This document shows, piece after piece, positions 21,501-30,860 of a stretch of 64,000 nt of DNA (position 1 is the stretch's first letter; each line of letters opens with the position of its first letter). The notes below the pieces were generated by a model, which was not told the DNA's origin, ran no database searches, and worked only from the letters and a program-made list of their open reading frames with translations. The stretch comes from Candidatus Krumholzibacteriia bacterium. Its GTDB lineage: Bacteria; Krumholzibacteriota; Krumholzibacteriia; JAJRXK01. The translations under genes were made by a program, and so were the position numbers. The stretch covers positions 17,493 to 81,492 of the forward strand of contig JBGPIA010000019.1 of NCBI GenBank assembly GCA_041484665.1, read 5' to 3'.

Positions 21501-21698
21501 CGAGTAACAGTGACAGTTTTCAACGTCCGTGGCGAGAGGGTGGCCACCGTTCTTGACTCGCAGTTACAGGCGGGCGATCACGAAGCGGTGTGGGACGGAA
21601 GGACTGTGACCGGCCAGACCGCGGCCGCAGCCGTCTACGTCGTGCAAGTGAAAGGGTTCGGACAAACGCTCACACGGAAGGTGGCACACCTACGCTGA
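18510..21698 (+). CDS. Secreted galactose/glyoxal-oxidase-like (AA5 kelch + DUF1929) protein with C-terminal FlgD-Ig sorting domain
   Basis: Signal peptide; IACAGQTFL, RYYPT, RLHHSEALLLPDGRIFVAGG, RPGSATHG...DQR, PPGYYML; GGCPFVWGWDG domain; C-terminal PNP...VFNVRGERV...WDGR. Confidence 0.85.
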   Translation: MYVTRSVKRGLKPSRNSSSRCASIVATLICLLCVAPKAALAQSDPEGDGEWAGPCDSSPAPDPPEQSIHAALTHLGQVITWTFNTQLNSLRRVHAWQFDASVDPCNPNSITSFAYPPKHSGWPGTSVDGDGHTCQFPSDPSLTHEIACAGQTFLANGDLLLVGGGEIGQTPTQIHGAVWRLNPSTLTFSEEQALHHGRYYPTPRLDAYGNVFAISGEECEPGAYPRLTIVHEFIRDTDLQGSAPWVQLPNGPNFDSDYPFINFLTWPSTLNGSLSLIGKLPDHNCVIRQHTNPVHYPNTFPGLEPKHFRLDFDINTPANSVWSEFADWPEPDFAAHMESATAVPLVYHAPGVTPPSDPASRELRNGSILVFGAGRKYETPYVRMWLAPLATDNQNLNSNGNGTWISSLDTGNPIPATTYARNEANAVILPNGRYLVIGGGIHRIGIDPCPCSCPTLTGAPDQYVQYYRSCAAVRPEMYDPVTGQVTVLAASPTQTPRLHHSEALLLPDGRIFVAGGEYKDVSNPPPPPTTYTQTTFEIFAPPYIFKPNRLSIVSAPTEFHYGYEAGFRVSGALTGDIRVLLIRPGSATHGRNFDQRAVQLKINCIGSASGGSTPIRVQVPAQSTGLLPPGYYMLWITKRDASGEDVPCVRAAFVQVTANLESTGEACTAGGCPFVWGWDGKEMRIANSILGQSERDALSDRWVKDVYQLPEWVKPDNERIVMEIREDEEEVSYIKSARLMYIDTDANAELIVGSNGNVAAYHQLTAPARSYMGTIDRSVEDLLENRDGRAVQGKMGERVVVEFARASAGSGPVIIRPFSKPNPNGGLRLEARRGAGWKLVDVITPREFAQDELASLEGVGTDAEEPLVLRLSWEGSHGVDFVGRAAGVPTAWTAEERSPSLARHSVLGDVRLQIERVDGRGVEVRRGQALRLEFPRIDTAVGKRQVLALVVEGRYFHEESGSSLPEILPPSALVLSDMRPNPAVADVRVAFATERAGRVTVTVFNVRGERVATVLDSQLQAGDHEAVWDGRTVTGQTAAAAVYVVQVKGFGQTLTRKVAHLR

Positions 21699-22970
21699 GC
21701 GAGTGAAACTCCGGGGTAGGGGGTCCGAGCGCGGCGCGGCGGGATTCTTTCGCGGAGTGAGGATGTGTGCGCCCAGGGTATTCAGGCGGATATCCACCAT
21801 CTGTAGACGAAGGTGGGATCAAAGCTAACAGAGCGTCGAATACCGCGAGTGGCAGAACGGCCCAGGAGTGAGACCCCGCAGTTGCCCGGGCGCCTATTGA
21901 CAGCGCCCGGGCGACGTTCCGTGTAATCTCGTCAGAAGCGCTGCGCGAGATGCCCAGGATGGCGTGAGCGGCGCCGGCCACTCATGGTCTGGCCCTCGGG
22001 TGCGCCGCGCAGACAGCATCCCGTTCGGACTGCGTAGGCAGGCTCGCGGATATCCTCAGTTTCGTGGCACGACGTCGTGCGCTCGTGCTGGGTCGTGGGG
22101 TGGGAACGCTCGACCAGCGATTGCGCCGCAGCCGCTCGCGACGCGCCCTCATGAGATGGATTGTTGCCAGGATCTTGTCACGTGTTCTGCGGAAGCGCGA
22201 CCGAAGTGGCACCTGGGAGTCAGGTGGCAACGTCGCGGATGTACGCCAACCTCCTGGAGATCTTCGCGACTCTTGAAATCTGGGACGCGCCTGGACACCG
22301 CGCACCTGGGCGTAGCCAAGGCCGGTCAAATCCCGCAGCACCGGGGGCGCGTCGCACCCTCATCCGTGAACGATTCCTGCGTGTGGGTGCGCCAGGGGAA
22401 CCTTCTTCTCCGCAGCTTCATCGCGTTTACTCTGCGCGGGCCCTCACACTGCGACTCTCGGGATGGGCAGGAGTCTAGACGGAGCATGTCGCTCACCCTA
22501 AGCTCGGCACAGGTACGGAGCACCGGGGCGGCGAATGAGCGGAGAAGGGATCGCGGGCTTTCAGCGCCGTAGCGTATCGCTTGGGACCGACGAGAGGGCC
22601 AGCGTCCATCGGGGCGAAGATTGCGTGCCACAGACCTTCACTCCGAGGTTAGCTGAGCGGGATTGGCAGTGTTCCCCCCGCCTGCACGTTGGCGGGACCG
22701 GCGGCGGACATCAGACGCACCCCTCCGCTCCACTGCGATTCGCAGCGTGCGAACCACCCGAGGAGGGACAAGTGTGTTGGAGAAGCAGCAAGATACGTCG
22801 TTCCACGCCGTAATGTGGGCACGTTGCGGCTCTAGAGCAAGCGCCCCGGGGGTGGTTTGCGAACGGAGATCTGGTCACGAAAACTGGGCTGGTAGGGGTA
22901 GATTCGAGCCAGTACGCTTGTCGCATTGCCGCGTTACGGCTGGGCCGCCGAGGGCGCATGGGAGCTGGAG

Positions 22971-24257
22971 ATGAAGATCCGTGGGGATGGGAGTCCGCGC
23001 CTGCGCAGGGCAGCCCCGTCTGCGCTGATCGTCTTGCTGACCATCGCGGTCCGTCTGGCCTATCTGTCCATAGCGCCGGCCAATCTGAACGAGTACCCGC
23101 TGCGCATCGACTACTGGGCCGACATTGGTCACGAGCTGTCGGAAGGGCATGGCTTCAGCATGCCTGGGCCGGCGGGCCCACAGCCCACTGCCAGCCGCGT
23201 GCCGTTGTACCCGTTACTGCTCTCCGCGATCTACCGGCTCACGGGAGGATCAGACTGGGCAGCCCAGATCCTGCAGTGCTGCCTGGATGGCTGCACCGCT
23301 CTGTTGCTGCTGCTGCTGGGCCGGCGCATCGGACAGCCGCGCGCAGGCATGTTGGCGGCGTTGGGATGGGCGCTGTATCCTCCGCAGTGGCGTATGTCCC
23401 AGCGCTTGTGGGCCGAGCCATTCTACGCCGTTGTCAGCATGGGGCTCCTGCTTGCCGCTGAAGCCGTGAGCAGGGCACCGACGCGCCGGCGCGTGTTCGT
23501 GCTTGGCATTTTGGGAGGGGCGCTCACGCTGAGCCGGCCCATCGGACTGTTCGTGTTCCTGCTTTCGTTGATCTGGCTGGCCTCGCAATCTCCGCAGGCA
23601 GGGCGACGCGTCGGTCTAGCAGTGGTCGCGTTCACCCTGGTCCTTCTGCCGTGGGTGGGACGCAACGCCGTACGCCTGAATGCTTTTGTCCCTCTGGACA
23701 CCACCGGCGGCTTCAATCTCTATGTTGGTACGCTGGGCGTGCAGTATTACGTGCCAGTGAGCGAATTCGAACCAGAGCTGCGCGCACGCTTGGAGGGGCG
23801 CAGCTGGCCGGAGACAGATCGGATTCTACGAGAAACCGCGATCAAGCGGATCCTTGCGGATCCCGCGGGGCACGTCCGACGGATGGGACGCAAGGTTTTG
23901 ATGTTCTTTTTCGGCTTCCGGGATCCAGAGCGGGATCGCTTCCCCACTCTTGAAACCCTTGCGGCCGGGCTCGCGCTATACTCATTTGCGATCTGGGGCT
24001 GGTGGCGGCTTCGCCGACGGGGGATAGCCATTGCCAACTTGCTGCTGACCCTCCCAGTAATGATGGCGCTGGTGCACGCGCAAATCGTCTCACAGATGCG
24101 CATGATGTTGCCCGTCCTCCCGTGTCTTCTTCTGCTAGCAGGCGCGGGTGCGCTGACGCTGCGCAGCGGGTTCCCGGGGAAGCGCACTGGCCTCACAGGA
24201 AGACTTCCTGACATCCCGTCGGGCAATCTGAATCGGCCAGATTCTGGACGGCAATGA
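22971..24257 (+). CDS. GT-C (ArnT/PMT-like) membrane glycosyltransferase
   Basis: Multiple TM helices; TASRVPLYPLLLS, LWAEPF, LSRP, PWVGRN, GGFNLYVG. Confidence 0.8.
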   Translation: MKIRGDGSPRLRRAAPSALIVLLTIAVRLAYLSIAPANLNEYPLRIDYWADIGHELSEGHGFSMPGPAGPQPTASRVPLYPLLLSAIYRLTGGSDWAAQILQCCLDGCTALLLLLLGRRIGQPRAGMLAALGWALYPPQWRMSQRLWAEPFYAVVSMGLLLAAEAVSRAPTRRRVFVLGILGGALTLSRPIGLFVFLLSLIWLASQSPQAGRRVGLAVVAFTLVLLPWVGRNAVRLNAFVPLDTTGGFNLYVGTLGVQYYVPVSEFEPELRARLEGRSWPETDRILRETAIKRILADPAGHVRRMGRKVLMFFFGFRDPERDRFPTLETLAAGLALYSFAIWGWWRLRRRGIAIANLLLTLPVMMALVHAQIVSQMRMMLPVLPCLLLLAGAGALTLRSGFPGKRTGLTGRLPDIPSGNLNRPDSGRQ

Positions 24258-24649
24258 CCCGCAGCCGGCGTGAGAAACGTGGAACGGGTTCGTGGGCTTC
24301 GAGCCGATCGCGCCGGGACCGACTCAGACCGGCCCGGCCAGTCTCGGAGACTTGAAGGGGCGGTTTCGTCGGGCACCGCTAGACGAGTAGGGGGTACCGA
24401 CGCGACCTTCAACAGCCCGCCTTTCCCACCGGTCAACGGGCGAGCCGAGAACAGTTCGACTACCGTCCAACCCGGCGAGCCAGTTCGCGTAAAGGCCGTT
24501 GGAAGCAACTCCAGCGGCCTGTTCAGGGTTGACGTAAGCCGCGCCAAGAAGCTTCCCCTCCTGTCGCGCCCGTCCTATGCTTGCCGCAGGCTCCCCTCAG
24601 CTCAACCCCTTGGAGATCCTGTGCGGCCCCATCCTGCGGCAGTCGGCGT

Positions 24650-24990
24650 CAGTTTTCTTCTTGCTGCGTTGCGTTCGACAGCCACGAAGGGTGCTCCTGC
24701 AATCCTGCTGGCCGCCGCTCGGGCCGGGAGCACGGGCGCCGCCACGATCACCATCAGCGCGGACAACATCTACGAGCTTTAAGTGAATGACGTGTTCATC
24801 GGCTCGGACACTGACCCCAACTCATCCTCGAAGTCGCCTGAGACGTGGAGCCCCGATCTCCTCCGGGTTGGCGTGAACGCAGTCGCGGCATACACATGGG
24901 ACGAACGCTGCAACAGCGGCATTGGCCTCATCGCGACCGTGAGAACCGACCAAGGCAAGGCGGCCGTGACCGACGGAAGGGTGGTGCGAA
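24650..24990 (+). pseudogene. Fragment of a secreted jelly-roll/lectin-like domain with in-frame stop
   Basis: ATITISADNIYEL*VNDVFIGS...GVNAVAA...GLIATVRTDQGKAAVTDG. TAA at 24780-24782 sits where Tyr is expected in the ADNxYELYVNG-type motif. Confidence 0.55.
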
Positions 24991-25129
24991 CGGCGCCGGC
25001 CGCGCGCACACCGGACGCTGGGCCCTCCGCGGGAAACCGTCAGTCGTGGCCGACCACGGTCCTCGAGCGCGTGGATCGTCGGCGGCGCCGCCTGGCCGGG
25101 CTCGCGCTGGTCGTCCGAAACCACGACAC

Positions 25130-26407
25130 ATGAAACCGCGCGGTGAAATGACCCGCCCCGCGCTGGCAACCGCTGGCCGGGCGCGCGCGCGATGGGGGCT
25201 CGCCGCGCTGGCCACGCTGGTGGGGCTCCTCGCGGGGGAGGCGGCACTGCGCGTGCTGGGCGTCTCGCATCCGGCGTTCGGCCGGCCCGATCCTGACCTC
25301 GGGTGGGGGTACGTCCCGGGCGCCGAGGGCCGGGCCGACGATGAAGGCCAGGCCTGGGTGCGCATTAACCGCCTCGGCTATCGCGACATCGATCACTCCC
25401 CCAGCAAACCGCCCGGCACCTTCCGGGTGGCGCTGCTGGGGGATTCCTTCACGGCCGCGTTTGAGGTTCCCTTCGAGGAATCCTGGGGCGCCCTGCTGCA
25501 ACAGGAGCTCTCGGCTTGTCCGCAGCTACACGGCCGCAGCGTCGAGACGCTCAACTTCGGGGTGAGCGGCTACGGTACCGCCCAGGAGCTGCTCTGCCTG
25601 CGCCGAGACGTCTGGCAGTTCTCACCCGACCTGGTGGTTGTGGCGTTCTGTGCGGGAAACGACCTGCGTGACAACACCCGCGCCCTGAGCGGCCCGAAGG
25701 CCCGGCCATGGTTCACTCTGGAATCAGGCCCGGTGGACAGCCTCGTGCTGGACGATTCGTTCGCGCGGGCCACGGCCTACGCGCTCAACGCGAGCGCTCC
25801 GGCGCGCCTGCTACGCGCTGCCGTTTCCCACAGCCGGCTCTTGCAGACCGCGCGCGAGGTGAAGAACCGTCTGCGCGCGCAAGTGAGGCATGCGCGGGCG
25901 CGCGCACGGGAAGGTACGCCCACAGGCGAGGCGGCCCTGGCTACTGAGTTGGGAACCGACATCTGGATCTACGCGCCGCCGCGACAGGAGGCGTGGCAAG
26001 AGGCGTGGCGGATCACTGAACGGCTGTTGCGTGCAATTGCAAGCGAGGTGCGCGGCCATGGGGCGTCGCTCCTCGTGGTCACGACCACAAGCGGAGCCCA
26101 GGTGGCCCCGGACCTGCGCGCGCGCGCCGCGTTCCTGAGCCGCCTGCGACAGACGCTGGCGGCTTCCGATCTGCTCTACGCCGAGCGCCGGCTGGCCGCG
26201 TTCGGCGAGCGGGAACGGATAGCGGTGCTCCCTTTGGCGCCGCTCTTCCAGGAACGATCGGAACGCGACGGGACGGTCCTCCACGGGTTCGCGCGCAGCG
26301 GAACGCTGGGTGCCGGGCATTGGAACCAGGCCGGGCACCGCTTGGCGGCGGAGGTCGTGGCCCACTGGATCTGCGCGTTCCAGAGCCCCCGGACAATTGC
26401 TAGGTAA
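25130..26407 (+). CDS. SGNH/GDSL hydrolase family protein (membrane-anchored)
   Basis: INRLGYRD, LGDSFT, NFGVSGYGT, GNDL, GHWNQAGH. Confidence 0.85.
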   Translation: MKPRGEMTRPALATAGRARARWGLAALATLVGLLAGEAALRVLGVSHPAFGRPDPDLGWGYVPGAEGRADDEGQAWVRINRLGYRDIDHSPSKPPGTFRVALLGDSFTAAFEVPFEESWGALLQQELSACPQLHGRSVETLNFGVSGYGTAQELLCLRRDVWQFSPDLVVVAFCAGNDLRDNTRALSGPKARPWFTLESGPVDSLVLDDSFARATAYALNASAPARLLRAAVSHSRLLQTAREVKNRLRAQVRHARARAREGTPTGEAALATELGTDIWIYAPPRQEAWQEAWRITERLLRAIASEVRGHGASLLVVTTTSGAQVAPDLRARAAFLSRLRQTLAASDLLYAERRLAAFGERERIAVLPLAPLFQERSERDGTVLHGFARSGTLGAGHWNQAGHRLAAEVVAHWICAFQSPRTIAR

Positions 26408-26515
26408 GAATTGACTTACCGCAGGGGCCCGCCTGACCTCTTCCCTTTGCGCAAGCAGTGTTCCGGGCTCGGTTGCAGGCTCCCGCCTCAGCTCAACTCA
26501 CTTCAGGTGCTCGCC

Positions 26516-26976
26516 ATGCGGATTGCTCTCGTTCTGGTCAGCGCCTGTTTCACGGCGCTCTTGCCTGCCGCGTCCCCGGGCAACGAGATCATGTTCCAAG
26601 CGGGCTTCGAGCCTGAGTTCACCGACGCGGGCTGGAGCCTGACCAAGAACAACGGCGGCGGCTCGTGGGGCGTGGATACGGGCGTGTACCATGCCGCGCC
26701 AGGATCGCTCAGGCCGGATGGCCGTGCGGGAAACCGGTCCTGAGTCACGACATGGGCCAGCCGATGTCGGACATGGTCTTCGAGGCGTGGTTGCACATTG
26801 GGTTGGACCCGACCAAAGAGACCTTCGTGTTGGTCTCCCCGGATCCTTCGTACGAGAGCAGGATCACCTGGCACCCGAAGATCGGCACGTCCCGCTTGAA
26901 CGAACTGGTCTTCTGCTCTTGTTTGGCTACCACACTGAGGGCCTTCCGGCTGGCCGGACCCCGGCTTTTGTGGTAG
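26516..26976 (+). pseudogene. Frameshifted fragment of a secreted protein
   Basis: Signal peptide MRIALVLVSACFTALLPAAS plus FQAGFEPEF...YHAAPGSL. It continues in another frame (KPVLSHDMGQPMSDMVFEAWLHIG) after ~26720. Confidence 0.4.
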
Positions 26977-27207
26977 CCTCATTCGCCGGATGAACTGGCA
27001 GAGGATAGCTCCGCCGCTCGATCAAGGACGAAGCGATACCGATGGCGGTCCGGCAGGTTCGCTTCCGCCGGTCGCAATACCTACGAGGTCGCACCGCCTT
27101 CGGGTTGGGCCTTGCCGTCCATTATACAAGCAATCCAACAACATCGGCACCTCGGCAGAATCTACTCAGCACGTTTCTTGTAGAAGCGTGCGAAAGGAAC
27201 GGCAGGG

Positions 27208-28062
27208 ATGGGCAAGGGAGTTCTGGACGACCGCCTGCACATGCGCGACCTGCTGCGCTCCGACATCAATCATGAACGGCCAGACAAGGGAGGGAAGGCA
27301 CTCTTTGACCTCGTTGGCGATCTGCGAGGCAAGACGATCCTCGACCTGGGCTGCGGCCTGGCCCCGTATCGATCGGTGATTGAAGAGAAAGGAGCTACTT
27401 GGGTGGGGTGCGACCTCACCGGAGGTGTCTGCACCGTGATCGCCGATGCGGGCCGACTTCCGTTTCGCAGTGAAAGTTTCGATGGAGTCCTCTCCGCCGC
27501 CGTCCTCGAGCATCTTCCGGAACCAGGATGGTCATTGGACGAGGTGCGTCGCGTGCTCCGTCCTTCAGGAAAGCTGTTCGGTTACGTTGCCTTCCTCGAA
27601 CCGTTGCACGGGATGTCATACTTTCACATGTCGCACTTGGGTCTGGAGTACTTGCTGCTCAGACATGGGTTCCGTGTTGAGCGGCTTTACCCGTCCCATA
27701 ACGTGCTTTCCTACCAGCTTGAGCAGATTCTCTTCCCCAAGCCGCTGCCGGTGATCCAACCCCTGGTGAGAGCCATCGCCCGCGTCTGGGCACAGGGCCT
27801 GCTCTTCCTGAACCGAGTTGGCCGGGGGGTCCTAATGGTTCTACGCCGGGTGCCGCGCGAACGGCGCCGGGAGGAGGCTAGGGAGTACCGGATGCTTCAG
27901 GCGATGCGCTTTGCAATTGGTTTCAATTTCATCTCGGTGCGGAGCGATCCGATGGTGGTCGCCCAGGCTGGCTATCGCGCCCTGCTCAAAGGCGATCAGA
28001 CGTGGCACGTCAGTTCGCCCGGGACGAGAGCGATGGCGAAAAGCGCACGCCAGGGGGCGTGA
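27208..28062 (+). CDS. Class I SAM-dependent methyltransferase
   Basis: ILDLGCG, ADAGRLPFRSESFDGV, VLEHL, RVLRPSG. Confidence 0.9.
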   Translation: MGKGVLDDRLHMRDLLRSDINHERPDKGGKALFDLVGDLRGKTILDLGCGLAPYRSVIEEKGATWVGCDLTGGVCTVIADAGRLPFRSESFDGVLSAAVLEHLPEPGWSLDEVRRVLRPSGKLFGYVAFLEPLHGMSYFHMSHLGLEYLLLRHGFRVERLYPSHNVLSYQLEQILFPKPLPVIQPLVRAIARVWAQGLLFLNRVGRGVLMVLRRVPRERRREEAREYRMLQAMRFAIGFNFISVRSDPMVVAQAGYRALLKGDQTWHVSSPGTRAMAKSARQGA

Positions 28063-28149
28063 TTCCACGGTGATGAGGAACGACCTTGCCTATGTGGCCT
28101 TGCGGCGAGGTCCGGCCCTCATCAGCGCCCGCGGCCACAAGTACCGCCG

Positions 28150-28465
28150 TGTCATCTGACGAGCCGGCGTCCTGGAGCTGGCGGGCGAATCCGCGCCGCA
28201 CCTACGCGTCGTGCCGATCGACACCCAGCGTGAACCCACGACCACGGCGCTGGCCGACCGCATCCTCGCCGCGCTGAAGGCTGCCGCCGCGTCCCTGGGT
28301 CGGGACGCTCTACGCCGGAGGACGTGCACACGCAGCGCAAGGCTTGGCGAGGCGCTGGCGCGCCTGCGCGCCGAGGACCGCATCGAGCGCCGCGACGGAG
28401 GCTTCGCGCCCGAGCAGCCCATACCCGTACGCACTACTACGCTGAGGCCGGAACGGAACAGGGAA
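28150..28465 (+). pseudogene. 3' remnant of a mobile-element gene ending in a winged helix
   Basis: LELAGESAPHLRVV...LADRILAAL...LGRDALRRR...RLGEALARLRAEDRIERRDGGF has no start. It is followed by a GGAACGGAAC motif. Confidence 0.4.
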
Positions 28466-28860
28466 GTATCCCTTCGGGCAACCCATGTTGAGGTGAGGCT
28501 GCGCGCCTGAGACTGTCGGGCACCCCTACGAGGAGGTGTCCGATGAGCTCGAGGAAGTCGTCGCTGGCCGGACGCACCCGATCACCCACCTGCGGGCGGG
28601 GCGGGCAAGGCCGGTAACGCTGCCCGGGAGGCGTCAGGAAGAAGACCTTGGCTCCTACGCCTGCGGCCGTGACGCTCCAATGCGTCGAGCCCTGCAGGGG
28701 TGAGGCCTGGCTGAGTGCGGTGAGTGCGTGGTGAGCCTCGCTCCCGGTTCGTCCTCGTCGTTCGCGTCGGTCGCATTCCTCCGGGGGCTGGGCTGCACGG
28801 TCCCTCCCTCAAGGGTGAGGAGGGCCCGGCCAGCCCGGACGCCTCCTCGGAGGAAACACT

Positions 28861-29847
28861 ATGGACGCAAACGACGCGAGAAGACTTACCGAGCAGGCAT
28901 TCGAGGAACTACGCACCGCACTCGCTGCTGGACGCAGTGACGCGCTCACGCGCGTGCTCGCCGCGATGGCGCGCTTTCACCGCTACAGCGCGCGCAACGT
29001 GGTGCTGATACTCGCCCAGCAGCCCGCGGCGACGCAGGTCGCGGGGTTTTCCACGTGGCGCAAGCTAGGACGGACCGTGAGGCGCGGGGAGCGCGGGATC
29101 GCGATTCTCGCACCCCTACGCTACCGGCACCCGGCGGGGCGCGCTGGCGCGGACGGGAATGTGCCCGAGGGTGCTCGGGCGCCGCCCGGAAGCGTACGTG
29201 ATGAAGACGCTGGCGCGAGCCTTGTCGAAGCGTGCAACGAGAGCGTGGCGGTCGCGGACGTGGAGCGCCCGGGTGGGTTCCGGGTCGCGTACGTCTTCGA
29301 CGTATTGCAGACGGACGGCGCGCCCTTGCCGGCGATGGTGCAGGTCGCGGGTGATCCCGGCGCGTACACGCAGGCGCTCAAGAGCGTTCTTGCGCGTTGT
29401 GGCATACGCCTCGAGTACACGCCGGCCGCGTTGTACGGTGCGCTGGGCACGTCCCGTGGCGGCGCCATCACCGTCATGGCTGGGCAGACGTCGGCTGCCG
29501 AGTTCAGCGTGCTCGTGCACGAGCTCGCGCATGAACTCCTCCACCACGCGGCCGACTCGCCCAAGAACCGCACGGTCGTAGAAACCGAGGCGGAAGCCGT
29601 GGCGCACGTCGTCTGCACCGCCCTCGGCCTGAGCGTGGGCACGGCCAGCAGCGACTACATCAACCTCTACCACGGAATCGCGGACACGCTGGCCGCGTCG
29701 CTCGCGCGCATCCAATCAACGGCCGCGCAGCTTCTCCGCGAACTCGAACTGGGCGACGACGTTCGCGGCTTGCCGGCGCGAAGCGGGGAGGGGTGTGCCC
29801 CGCGCAACGTGCGAGGCCGGGACGCCCGGGTACCGGTCCCGACGTGA
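28861..29847 (+). CDS. ardC: ArdC-like ssDNA-binding/anti-restriction protein with HExxH zincin domain
   Basis: FHRYSARNVVLI, VAGFSTWRKLGRTVRRGERGIAILAP, YVFDVLQTDG, HELAHELLH, ETEAEAVA. GGAGG RBS. Confidence 0.85.
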   Translation: MDANDARRLTEQAFEELRTALAAGRSDALTRVLAAMARFHRYSARNVVLILAQQPAATQVAGFSTWRKLGRTVRRGERGIAILAPLRYRHPAGRAGADGNVPEGARAPPGSVRDEDAGASLVEACNESVAVADVERPGGFRVAYVFDVLQTDGAPLPAMVQVAGDPGAYTQALKSVLARCGIRLEYTPAALYGALGTSRGGAITVMAGQTSAAEFSVLVHELAHELLHHAADSPKNRTVVETEAEAVAHVVCTALGLSVGTASSDYINLYHGIADTLAASLARIQSTAAQLLRELELGDDVRGLPARSGEGCAPRNVRGRDARVPVPT

Positions 29848-30860
29848 GCCGGACGGAGCGAAGCGCGCGGCGACCTCGCTGGCAGCGCGTCAAGCGCTGC
29901 GCGCCCCATGCCGAGTCAGCGCTGCTCCGTCTGGAAACGCCGCGCCCCGGCCAGCAAAGCCGACCGGGGCGGGAGCCACTCTTCTCATTCCTGCGCCACG
30001 GCGCGATATGCCCGGGGCCAAGACGTCCAACCAATCCTAGTGGCATAGGCCGATCCCCTACCCGCGACTCCACGAACATGTGAATCCCTCGGGCTGGCAT
30101 GCAGTGCGAACAAATTCTGGGGGGAAGCCAGTCGCGGATTGCGTCTCTGCTGTTGGGAGTCGTTCGCGAACCCGGACTGCGCGACAGTCAGCGCGCGAAG
30201 CCTCGACCGCTGAGCGCCGGGAGTGCAGCAGGGTCGCGGCTACACTGACGGAAGGGAGAGGCATGCCGTCGCGACCCCCGCCACCGGCGCCGCCCGCACC
30301 TGTCCGCGGCCACTACGGACCCCCGCGCGTGCACGCGCTCGTACACGCAGGCGAGCGCAACCCGTCGCTTCCTCGAGGGGTACGCACGTCGCGTGAGCGC
30401 GCACCCCCAGGACCTCACGAATCCTCCATCGAGGACGAGCCATCAAGCAGACCACTGCTCGCACGTAGTGCGGAACGGCCGACTGACGTTCCTCGCCGCT
30501 GTCGCGCCTCCAGCACGAAGCCCCATCGCACTGGGCCAGGCCACCGAAAGCTATATGAAGTCGTGACGCGCGCACGTCCTGCAGTGGACACGACGCATAG
30601 GCTTGGTAACGGGCAGCACGCCGCTCGCGCGCGTCAGACGCTTACGCACCTCCGCAGACGCGGCGGAGCAAGTCGGTGCGGGCGTCGGGCGACGGCTCGT
30701 GTTCCGGACGTCACACGCCTCGCGGCCGTGCGGTCGGAAACCGTGTCAGCGGCGGTCGAGGCTGCGCGTTGGCAGGAGGAGCCATCACGCAGACCAGCAC
30801 CCTGGAAAACCGGCGCGTGCGCGCGCCCATCAGCCACCCGCAACTCTACGGAGGACTAAG

